From Octopus sinensis (Eukaryota), in assembly GCF_006345805.1 (NCBI RefSeq), contig NC_043004.1, positions 106,888,001 to 106,952,000 of the forward strand: DNA of 64,000 bases, read 5' to 3'. Below the pieces are notes generated by a model. It saw nothing but the letters and a program-made list of their open reading frames with translations, was not told the DNA's origin and did not search any database. Both the position numbers and the translations under genes were made by a program. Shown here one piece after another: positions 11,684 through 21,891 of the stretch (its first letter is position 1; every line of letters begins with the position of its first letter).

Positions 11684-11739
11684 TAATAATAATAATAATA
11701 ATGATAATAATAATGATAATAATAATAATAATAAGGATG

Positions 11740-11779
<40 letters not shown>

Positions 11780-11790
11780 TAATAATAATG

Positions 11791-11887
<97 letters not shown>

Positions 11888-11890
11888 TAA
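11598..11890. repeat. (AAT)n microsatellite ~290 bp
   Basis: Direct observation; abuts the exon 9 acceptor. Confidence 0.95.
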
Positions 11891-11895
11891 AAAAA

Positions 11896-12095
11896 ATACA
11901 TAACAAAAACACCAGGACTTACAAACACATATAACATACAGAAAATTGCACTACTAGGCACTGCACACATCCTACGCAGAACACTTTCCATACAATAACC
12001 ATCAGAGCATCACAACAAATCACAACACATACCCAAGGCACACAGAGCTGCACTCGGTAGTGAAGTGAAAGCACGCTATAAAAATAAAACTACTG
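11896..12095 (+). mobile_element. 3'-terminal fragment of the Dong/R4-type LINE
   Basis: Nearly identical to ~42366-42565 (two substitutions seen); flanked by AAT repeats on both sides. Confidence 0.9.
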
Positions 12096-12432
12096 AATAA
12101 TAATGATAATAATAATGATAATAATAATAATGATGATGATATTAATAATGGTTTCAAATTTTGGCAAAAGGCCAGCAGGTTTTGGTGGGAGGGGATAAGT
12201 CGATTAAATTAACTTCAGTACATAATTGGTACTTACTTCATTGACTCCAAAAGGATAAAAGGCAATGTTGACCTCAGCAGCATTTGAACTCAAAGACAGA
12301 TGAAATGCCACCAAGCATTTTGCCTGGTGTGCCAATGATTCTGATTGTCCAGTCCTTACATATTCAGATATATTATCACAGACACGAATAAGTCAATAAG
12401 TAGAAGAACTTAAGTTACTTTGCAAAATCACA

Positions 12433-12699
12433 AGAATGGTTGTGTGGTTAAGAAGCTTGATTTGCAACTATGAACTTTCAGGTTCAGTCCTACAGTGCAG
12501 CACCTTGGAAAAGTGTCTTTTTTTCTATAGCCAAAGCCTTGTGTCTGAATTTAGTTGATGGAAACTTTGTGGGAACTCATACTATACATATATTTGAATT
12601 TATTGTATACTATATATTGCTGTTATGTGTATGTATGTACATATATATGTATGTGTGTGTGTATCTGTATATATATATGTATGTGTGTGTGTGTATCTG

Positions 12700-12730
<31 letters not shown>

Positions 12731-12950
12731 ATATATCTTTTACTCTTTTTCTTGTTTCGGTCATTTGACTGTGATCATGCTGGAGCACTGCCTTTAGTCG
12801 AGCAAATCAACCCCAGAACTTATTCTTTGTAAGCCTAGTGCTTATTCTATCAGTCTCTTTTGCCAAACCACTAAGTTATGGAGACGTAAACACACCAGCA
12901 TCGGTTGTCAAGCGATGTTGGGGGACAAACACAAACACACAAACTAATAC
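12433..12950. mobile_element. tRNA-derived bipartite SINE family B (two halves with central TG/TA microsatellite)
   Basis: Head GGTTGTGTGGTTAAGAAGCTT...; second half GACAACCGATGCTGGTGTGTTTACGTC...CCAGCATG; related copies near 15045-15390, 18470-18620, 29400-29790, 31505-31890, 32050-32660, 37890-38060, 45130-45430, 56290-56720, 58190-58410, 62930-63620, 63940-64000; boundaries approximate. Confidence 0.7.
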
Positions 12951-12956
12951 ACACAC

Positions 12957-15032
12957 TGGTTATGTGGGCTTTGGCCTAGCCACCCGCATTGTAAACCAGG
13001 TAGTTCATAATGGAGTCATACCCAATGACTGGCGTAGCAGCACCATAGTCAACTGCTACAAGGTTAAGGGTGATGCTCTAGATAGAAATAACTACAGGGG
13101 TATTAAACTGTTGGATCAGGTGATGAAGGTCACAGAGAGGGTCATAACCCATCTCATTAGGGAGAGAATTTGCTTAGATGAGATGCAGTTCAGTTTTGTG
13201 CTGGGTAGAAGCACCACTGATGCTATATTCCTGGTCCGACAACTGCAGGAGAAGTACCTAGCTAAAGATAAACCCCTCTACATAGCTTTAGTGGACTTGG
13301 AGAAAGCCTTTGACAGGGTCCCCCGATCCCTTATCTGGTGGTTGATGCAGAAACTGGAGATTGACGAATGGCTAATAAGGGCTGTACACACCCTATACAG
13401 AGAGGCTGTCAGCAAGGTTAGGATTGGCAACGAATATAGTGAAGAATTCTGGGTAGAAGTAGGTGTACACCAAGGCTCAGCCCTCAGTCCCCTTTTATTC
13501 ATCATAGTCCGCCAGGCAATAACAGAGGAATTCAAAACAGGTTGCCCCTGGGAGCTCCTCTGTGCTGATGACCTGGCTCTCATAGCAGAATCACTACCGG
13601 AACTAGAAAAGAAATTTCGGGTGTGGAAGCATGGGTTAGAATCAAAGGGCCTTAGAGTAAATGTAGCAAAGACCAAAGTTATAGTAAGCAGAAAGGCGAA
13701 CTCAGCACACACCCCCTCAGGCAGGTGGCCCTGCTCGATCTGTAGGAAAGGTGTAGGTAGAAACTCCATAAGATGCACCCAGTGTAAGCTATGGATGCAT
13801 AAGAGGTGCAGCAACATCAAAGGGAAATTAACTGATAAGATAGCTTTCATGTGCGGCAGATGCACAGGGACAATAGACACCACAGATACTCAGAAAACAG
13901 ATTCCATCACACTCCAGGGGGAGAAACTCGAAGTAGTTGATAGTTTCCGCTACTTGGGTGACCAAGTTAGTAATGGAGGTGGATGCTCAGAGAGTATCAC
14001 CACTAGAATACGAATAGCCTGGGCAAAGTTCAGAAAGCTTCTACCCCTACTGGCAACAAAGGGTCTCTCGCTCAAAGTGAAAGGTAGATTGTATGATGCA
14101 TGTGTGCAAACTGCCATGCTTCACGGTAGTGAAACATGGGCTGTGACTGCAGAGGTCATGTGTAGACTTGAAAGGAATGAAGCTAGCATGATCCGCTGGA
14201 TGTATAATGTCAGTGTGCGTGCACTACAGAGGGTAAGCACCCTGAGAGAAATGCTGGATATAAGAAGCATCAGATGTGGTGTGCAAGAGCGACGCTTGCG
14301 ATGGTATGGTCATGTACTGTGGATGGATGAGGAGAGATGTGTGAAGAAGTGCCACTCCCAAACAGTTGAAGGTATCAGGGGGAGAGGTAGACCCAGGAAG
14401 ACATGGGATGAGGTTGTCAAACATGACCTCAGAGCGTTGGGCCTCACTAAGGCAATGGCGAAGGACCAAGATCTCTGGAGATGTGCTGTGACTGCAAAGA
14501 TCCGGGCTGCTTCCTGCACCAGTTCCGCATAGCCCCTTCCCATTCAAAGTACCATGGATTCCAGAACATCTCGTGCTTGAGGAGACCTGTTGAGTCAAGT
14601 ACATGAACATCGAAATAAATATCAATGGAAATAGTAGTTGTGATACCTGTGCCGGTGGCACATAAAAAGCACCATCTGAACGTGGCCGTTGCCAGCGCCA
14701 CCTCGACTGGCTTCAGTGCCAGTGGCACATAAAAAGCACCATCTGAACGTGGCCGATGCCAGTGCCACCTTGGCTGGCTTCCGTGCCAGTGGCACGTTAA
14801 AAGTACCAACAGATCGTGGCCATTACCAGCCTCCTCTGGCCCCTGTGCAGGTGGCACGTAAAAAGCACCCACTACACTCGCGGAGTGGTTGGCGTTAGGA
14901 AGGACATCCAGCTGTAGAAACACTGCCAGATCAGACTGGAGCCTGGTGCAGCCTCCTGGCTTCCCAGACCCCGGTCAAACCGTCCAACCCGTGCTAACGC
15001 GGAAAACGGACGTTTAATGATGATGATGATGA
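12957..15032 (+). mobile_element. 5'-truncated RTE-clade LINE (RT + internal PHD finger + 3' UTR + (GAT)n tail)
   Basis: Open frame to 14532 with RT motifs (YRGIKLL, DLEKAFDRV, GVHQGSALSPLLF, CADD in place of YADD, FRYLG); no APE endonuclease; 3' UTR with ~57-bp tandem units; GAT tail. Confidence 0.92.
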
Positions 15033-15128
15033 TACTATGGGCTTCTTTCAGTTTCCGTCTACCAAATCCACTCACAAGGCTTTGGTCGGCCTGAGGCTAT
15101 AGTAGAAGACACTTGCCCAAGGTGCCAC

Positions 15129-15169
<41 letters not shown>

Positions 15170-15449
15170 ATATGTTTTTGTGTGTGTTTTTGTACCCCAC
15201 TACCACCACCACTATATGACAACTGGTGTTGGTTTGTTTACATCCCTTTCACTTAGCAGCTCAGTAAAACAGAATAACAGAATAAGTACTAGGCTGAAAA
15301 GTTAAGTACTGGGGGGGGGGGTATTTGTTTAACTAAAAACCTTTCAGGGTGGTGCCCCAGTATGGTCGTAGTCCAATGACTGAAACAAATGAAAGACATA
15401 AGATGAGAAAAATCTTAGAAAATTAGAATAACAAAGGAGATCAACTCAC

Positions 15450-15765
15450 AGCAATTCCTAATCGACATTGGTCATCACTGCGAGGGCAATTACTGAACTT
15501 AGAAAACACTCTTTCAAGAGTTTTTTCATCTGTGCTTCTGGTCATTTTAATTAAATTAAAAAAATGCCCTGACATCGTATTCAGTTCATCATTCTCATAA
15601 GCATCAACAGTTTTATCCAACTCTTCAACTATTTCCGAAACACTTGAAGGGTTTTCTATTTTGTCAGCTTCAAATTCAAAAGGCAGGGCTGTTTTCCGAA
15701 CTGAATCTGTTGGTAATTTCAAATTTGATTTTCCTTTCGCTACTTTCTTCAATACTAAAGATTGG
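15450..15765 (-). CDS. LLTP exon 8
   Basis: 316 nt, phase 2-0; QSLVLKKVAKGKSNLKLPTDSVRKTALPFEFE...FFNLIKMTRSTDEKTLERVF...RLGIA; barrel-to-helical-domain transition; donor GTGAGT. Confidence 0.92.
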
Positions 15766-15980
15766 CTGAATGAATAAAAAGAAAGAAATTAATTAGAAAT
15801 AAATAAAAAATAACATGGAAGTTCAAAATCAGAAGAAACAAGAAAATTGCAGCAAAGCTGCGCAATAGTAGTGCCAGACGTGGTATGCAGACCGCCATAA
15901 TCATTTAATTAATGTTTTAAAAGTGATCAAACAAAAATCACACACACATAGATATACACACATATATGTATGTATATATA

Positions 15981-17607
15981 CAGTTGCGGCCAAAATGTTC
16001 AGAACGGAATTGTTTTCGTCTGAAAAGTAAGTATAAGTTTTCATCAACGTAGTTTTATATTCTATATTTTTTCAGACAATAAATACAATATTAATTGTTA
16101 TTGTCTGAGATTTTGGTGTAATTTGGGAGGATAATACAAAAGTTATGGATGATTTAGTGATTAACTGCAAAACCCATCGCGGCCAAAATGATCAGAACGG
16201 TTGAAAAAATAACAAAATAATCAAAAATGACAGAGAATACTGGAATTATTTAATATTTAGTGCGAATCCCTTTAGCTTCAATCACACTCTGATATCTTTG
16301 ACTGCATGAGGAAATTAAATTTTCAAATTCTTGCTGGGTGATCTTATTCCATTCTTCCTGAAGGGCATTCCATAATTGCTCAGTTGTTTTAGGATTTCTG
16401 GCTTTCAAACGTTCTCCTAGAATATTCCATACATTTTCAATAGGATTGAGATCTGGGCTTTGAGCAGGCCAATCCATAACAATAACCTTTTCAGCCTTAA
16501 GGAAGTTCATGACCACCTTAGCCTTGTGACATGGGGCATTGTCCTGCATGAATATGGGTGGTCGCTTAGTTGAATTTCTCAGCACAGGCAAGACATGATC
16601 TTTTACAAGTTGTTTATAAACTCCTGCATTTACCTTTCCATGTAATCGCATCAAAGGGCCCAGACCATCTCCAGATATCATCCCCCAAACCATGACACTT
16701 CCTCCACCGAATTTAACACTAGTCTTAAGGCATTTAGGTGACAATTTTTTACCTACTTTTCTACGAACGTACCTTTTCCCATCTGAGCCAAATAACATAA
16801 ACTTAGATTCATCACTGAAATGAACCGTTTGCCATTTTTCTTGAGACCACAACACATGTTTGGTTGCAAAGGTAAGACGACACTTTTTATTCTTGGAGCT
16901 GATCAGTGGCTTCACTGCAGGTGCTCTTGCTTGTAGGTCATGTTCAACTAAACGACGAGACACAGTTTTTCGAGATAAAGTTTTCTTCAATACAATGCTC
17001 ATTTTCCGAGAAACAGCAGCAGCAGTTTTAAATCTGTCCTTTTTAACCAACTTTACCATAGCACGATCTTCTCTCTTGGTCGTTTTTCTTGGCCTACCTG
17101 TAAACTTTCTTGCTTCACACGAACCACAATCATCGTAGACCTTAAGAATACCGTGTACAACACTTTTTGACTTGTTAACAATCTTTGCAATAGATCCAAT
17201 ACTTAAATTATCCTTCCTTCGAAGCTTAATAATCTGCTGACGAATTGGTAACGGAGTAAGAGGAATTATATTAACAAAGTACACTGCAAATATTCTTACC
17301 AATGTTTAGTAAACGAACCGTCACGTAAACAAATTCAAAACATTAGAGTTCGCCGGTTAAATATACTAAAACACGGAGTAAAAGCAACCGTTCTGATAAT
17401 TTTGGCCGCCATGGGTTTTGCAGTAAATCACTAAATCATCCATAACTTTTGTATTATCCTCTCAAATTACACCAAAATCTCAGGCAATAACAAATAATAT
17501 CGTATTTATTGTCTGTGAAAATTATAGAATATGAAACAACTTTGATAAAAAATTATATCTACTTTTCTAACGAAAACAATACCGTTCTGAACATTTGGCC
17601 GCCACTG
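15981..17607 (-). mobile_element. Full-length Tc1 (DD34E) transposon with ~220-bp IR-DR inverted repeats
   Basis: TA|CAGTTGCGGCCAAAATGTTCAGAACGG...CCGTTCTGAACATTTGGCCGCCACTG|TA; inner direct repeats near 16176-16202 and 17385-17413. Confidence 0.95.
16250..17302 (-). CDS. Tc1 transposase (DD34E), open 350-codon frame starting at TTG
   Basis: HTH with GRPRKTT, FSDESKF, FMQDNAPCH, WPAQSPDLNPIENVW; 34 residues between the second D and E counted; no ATG at the 5' end. Confidence 0.88.
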   Translation of the reverse strand: MVRIFAVYFVNIIPLTPLPIRQQIIKLRRKDNLSIGSIAKIVNKSKSVVHGILKVYDDCGSCEARKFTGRPRKTTKREDRAMVKLVKKDRFKTAAAVSRKMSIVLKKTLSRKTVSRRLVEHDLQARAPAVKPLISSKNKKCRLTFATKHVLWSQEKWQTVHFSDESKFMLFGSDGKRYVRRKVGKKLSPKCLKTSVKFGGGSVMVWGMISGDGLGPLMRLHGKVNAGVYKQLVKDHVLPVLRNSTKRPPIFMQDNAPCHKAKVVMNFLKAEKVIVMDWPAQSPDLNPIENVWNILGERLKARNPKTTEQLWNALQEEWNKITQQEFENLISSCSQRYQSVIEAKGIRTKY

Positions 17608-17640
17608 TATATATATATATATATATTTATAAATATATAT

Positions 17641-17861
17641 AAAATTATAATTTAAGGTATCTAAGAGATACCACTGCGCTTGAAATAGCAGTCAAAACTT
17701 GTCTCTAAAACCACATTAAATGTTCATATAGCACCAGGAGAAAAGACAAAGAGACAAAATAAACTAGCAAAAATTACTGGATAATTCCAGATCCCAGATT
17801 TCTGTCTTTGCATAAGAAATGCTTTACCTTCATCAGTGGAATACACTCAGATAGCACATAA

Positions 17862-17928
<67 letters not shown>

Positions 17929-18318
17929 CAACATACGATATACTTACATATATGCATTATATTCACTGCAGTGTTATTCTGACCATATTGCACGAGGAGT
18001 TTTAAGGCAGATAATTTAAACTGGTCGTGTGCATATGTGCATGTATATGTATGTATACCTTCGTATATGTAAGTATATCATATGTTGTATATATATATAT
18101 ATATTTGTATTTATGTGCTATCTGAGTGTATTCCACTGATGAAGGCAAAGCATTTCTTATGCAAAGCCAGAAATTATCCAGTAATTTTTGCTAGTTTATT
18201 TTGTCTCTTTGTCTTCTCTCCTGGTGCTATATGAACATTTAATGTGGTTTTAGAGTCAAGTTTTTGTCTGCTATTTCAAGCGTGGTGGTATCTCTTAGAT
18301 ACCCTAAATTATAATTTT
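17641..18318. repeat. Long inverted repeat (arms ~17641-17866 / ~18107-18318) with a hammerhead motif in each arm
   Basis: Arms are reverse complements with few mismatches and one 14-nt indel; TA-rich spacer. Confidence 0.85.
17784..17842 (-). ncRNA. Type I hammerhead ribozyme-like motif
   Basis: ATTCCA-CTGATGA-A-stem II-A-GAAA-TC-TGG-GA-TC-TGGAAT; 6-bp stem I, 3-bp stem III, AUC triplet. Confidence 0.6.
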
Positions 18319-18750
18319 AAATAATTATTACCTTTGAAAGGTTTTTATTCCCATACTGGCCACCTGATAAGATCGGTATTTTAAATATTGATCTTATCCT
18401 TATTTATATAAATTTATACACACACACATATATATATATATATATACACATACATATATATATATACAACAAGCTTCTTTCAGTTTTGTTTACCAAACCC
18501 ACTCACAAAGCTTTGGTCAGTGCGAGGCTATAATAGAAGGCACTTGCCCAAGGTGCCATGCAGAGGAACTGAACCCAGAACTATGTGGTTGAGAAGCAAG
18601 CTTCTTACCACACAGCCTCATCCTTCTTAGGGAAGGTGTGAGAGGCCCATTCTGGTCAGTTTTAATGTAAAACAGTTAAAAAGTTTGGGTTGGATATAGC
18701 CAGTTTAAGTTAGCTATTAAGTTGTCTATCATTATATTTGTTATACTCAC

Positions 18751-18899
18751 CTTACATTGAACATAGCTGTTGCTTCAACATTACCATAGTGTTTGAGGAC
18801 CTCAAAATCTTGCCTTTGAAGGCAAGAGACAGATTCAATATGATCATTGGTATTTAGTTTATAATCACAAGAAAACTTTGACTGGAATGGGTATTGTAA
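18751..18899 (-). CDS. LLTP exon 7
   Basis: 149 nt, ctatttacAG / GTGAGT, phase 0-2; LQYPFQSKFSCDYKLNTNDHIESVSCLQRQDFEVLKHYGNVEATAMFNV(S). Confidence 0.92.
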
Positions 18900-18944
18900 C
18901 TGTAAATAGAATATTAATTTCATTAGGGAAGTGTTAGCAACAGC

Positions 18945-19620
18945 ATAGCCAGAAATATATCATACGTCATAGCTAGAAATATATCACAGATTAACATCAT
19001 AGATGGAGATATATTGCAAATTAACATCATAGCTAGAGATGTATCACAAATCAACAAAATAGCTAGAGATGTGTCATAGATCAACATCTTAGGTGCAGGC
19101 GAATGCAGCAGCGTCTGAAAGGCGGGCGGAGTAGCATCGGAGATTCGGGGACACGCCAGCCGTGTAGAGTCGATCTTGCACCGGTAAGCGGGGAGATATC
19201 CGTTGGCAGAAAAGGAGTGATGAGAATATCCCTTCCAGATGGTCACCTATACCGATCAGCCACAACCCTACATAGAGAGGAGGAACGAACGGTTCTGCAG
19301 CGGACGAATGAGCAGATCAAAATGATAATAAGAGATATGTGATAGAATGCCATCATAGTCAGGTAAATAAAAAGACATTATCGTAACTTGCAATATATCT
19401 CAGAATAACATCATAGTCATATAGCAGTATCATTGTTTGGAGTATATTAGAGAGTAATAGCATAATTAGAAACATATCATGGAGTATCAACATGGTTAGA
19501 GATCTATCACAGAATATCATAGTAAAAAATATCACAAAGCAAATTAATTAAGGCTGTATCACAGAGAAATATAATAGAGATATATCATATCACAAAATGA
19601 CATAGTGATATGTCATAGTA
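18945..19620. repeat. Decayed ~33-bp minisatellite (AACATCATAGCTAGAGATATATCACA-type) interrupted at ~19093-19330
   Basis: Visible tandem units on both sides of a GC-rich insert. Confidence 0.65.
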
Positions 19621-19839
19621 CATTTTAAGTATATTTACCGTCAACATTTCTTCCTTCTTCCTTGCTACCACCTCAAACCAATAACTCTGGTTTTTCTACC
19701 ATTATATACTTGTTCTTTCAATCATACATCCTAGGTTCTCCCAACACCATTCTGTCTGCTACTTATCCCTTTAATCATGCTGCATTGAGCAAAAAAGGCA
19801 CAGTATAAAGTAGCAAAGACTCTTTACTCTTGTAGAGAA

Positions 19840-20172
19840 GACAACCTCACTAACATTACAGTTCTATATTTAAGAGATGATGAATTACGTACATTATTTA
19901 CATTATTTACATTTGACAGATATTTGCCCTCATCTTGTTTGTTGTTAACACAATGTTTTGGCTGATAGACCCTCCAGCCTTCATTAGGTGTCTTGGATAG
20001 GAAAATATTAGATTTATAAGCCCTAAAATTCACAATTGCCTACAGGCATATGGTGTAGTGGATAAGAGCGCAGACTACTAATCCCAAGATTCTGAGTTCA
20101 ATTCCAGTCAGTGACTAATAATATTAATAATAATAATAACATCAAAAAATACCTTAGGAATGAGAACCCAGT
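19840..20172. mobile_element. Hammerhead-containing tRNA-SINE, rearranged copy
   Basis: 3' half on minus (~19840-19995), 5' half on plus (20046-20172). Confidence 0.7.
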
Positions 20173-20768
20173 TTCCATCCACCAAATCCATTTACAGGGC
20201 TTCAGTCAGCGCAAGGCTATAGTAGAAGATACTTGCCAAGGTGCCACATGGTGAGATTGAACCTGGAATCATGTGGTCGGGAGGCAAGCCTCTTCCTACA
20301 CATCCACACCGTTGAGAAGGTTCTTTAGTCTAGTTGAGGTCATGAAATCTTCTCTAGTGCATAATAAAAGCCACCTAATGTGTCCTTCCATTTTTAAGAA
20401 AGTAGGGAGTAATTTGAAAGAGATTTAATCAATATTTCTTGTAAAATGAGAAAATTCCTAAAGGTTGCCATTCATTACTAGCTCAGACTAGTAATTCTAA
20501 ATATTTATTTCTTCATTGTCCACAGGGAGCTAAACATAGAGGGGACAAACAAGTACAGACAAAGGGATTAAACTGATTACATCGACCCCAGTGCGTAACT
20601 GGTACTCATTTAATCGACCCCAAAAGGATGAAAGGCAAAGTCAATCTCAGTGGAATTTGAACTCACGTTACGGTAGACAAAATACCGCTAAGCATTTCAC
20701 CTGGCATGCAAATGATTCTGCCAGCTTGCCGCCCTGGTAATTCGAAATATTAAGGAACTGGTACACAC

Positions 20769-20948
20769 CTCAGTTAAGTTTGTGACATGAAAACCTCCTG
20801 CTAAAGTCTTTATATGACTCCTGAGAGTGAACTGGTATTTAAAGTAGCTGTGAAGATCACAGTTGGTAATATCAAGGTCGGTGTGAATGGTCCATTTCTT
20901 TTTAGTTGAAAATTCATAGTTCACTGGACAAGATCCATAAATGTCCCA
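20769..20948 (-). CDS. LLTP exon 6
   Basis: 180 nt, phase 0-0; WDIYGSCPVNYEFSTKKKWTIHTDLDITNCDLHSYFKYQFTLRSHIKTLAGGFHVTNLTE; D-x2-G-x-C-x3-Y motif of LLT proteins. Confidence 0.93.
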
Positions 20949-21480
20949 CTGAAAATAACAACAAATCATATTTTAGAAAAAGCAAAATGATTAAAAAAGG
21001 TATCAGCTTGGCAGTACCACATTTTTATGAGTTTATTTCATTTATAACAAGCCATTTCTTAAAATATACTCTATTTACTCCTGCATAAATCATCCTCTTA
21101 ATTCAGAGTTAAATCTTACAACAGATTGCTCTGTGTGTAGCACTCTGTTGTTGTTGTTTGTTTTTTCATTTCAAATCAAGCATGAAAGAATGTGACTTAT
21201 GCACAAATAACCATGGTATATTTTTATGTAGATTTCTAAAAAAGGAGAAAACAATACTTAACCCTGAATTCTGTAAGTTGAGTAATGTTATGTATAATGC
21301 TAAATTACAAAAAACAATTCAAAATGTAAGGTAATAGAAGTTTATAATCCGTTTGTAAGTAAGAATGAAAATAAATATTTAAATTTTACTTCTTACATTC
21401 TTAAAGAAGCACAAATACAGAGTCCACCGAAAAGATGTATACACGCTTCAGGAAAAGAAAAATCTGTATTTTAATTCTGT

Positions 21481-21560
21481 ATTTACATTATTTACATTTG
21501 ACAGATTTTTGTCCTCATCTTGTTTGTTGTCAACATGTTTCGGCTGATATACCCTGATAT
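21481..21560 (-). mobile_element. 5'-truncated copy of the hammerhead-containing SINE with 22-bp TSD
   Basis: AAAATCTGTATTTTAATTCTGT at 21459-21480 and 21561-21582 flanks an 80-bp 3' fragment ending in TGTAAATAA repeats. Confidence 0.85.
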
Positions 21561-21770
21561 AAAATCTGTATTTTAATTCTGTGTTATTGCAATTTATTCA
21601 GTGTTATCACAATTTGATAAAACATTGAAAGAGGTATTTATATTTATGGAGGTACTTGTAGAAGTTAAATATTTAGGATCTAGTCTTTCTTATTTGCGTA
21701 ATGAGCCCTACTTAATTATGCTCAGATTGCTTTCAATTTCGATGCAACTCTGAATTTTGATTATGATCAA

Positions 21771-21891
21771 CCAATCACTTTATCTCATAAATGAAAGAAT
21801 CTGATGTTATTTGGAATTAAAGTTGGGAAATTTGGGTAATTTTAGCCAATCAACGGAAAGCTTGGCATTAGCAGCTTGTTACCATGGCAAC
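21771..21891 (+). promoter_or_regulatory. Two CCAAT boxes plus a perfect RFX X-box (GTTACCATGGCAAC)
   Basis: CCAAT at 21771-21775 and 21846-21850; X-box at 21878-21891; motif match only. Confidence 0.4.

Noticed and set aside
12838-12956. N-terminal part of the 564-aa ORF
   Set aside because: It is SINE family B sequence read in frame by chance; the LINE begins at ~12957.
19103-19342. 79-aa ORF over the GC-rich insert
   Set aside because: No recognisable motif, and it runs into minisatellite.
20046-20110. tRNA gene (also heads at 28570-28630 and in the other SINEs)
   Set aside because: A/B boxes are present, but the acceptor stem and cloverleaf are incomplete and the sequence continues into a SINE body.
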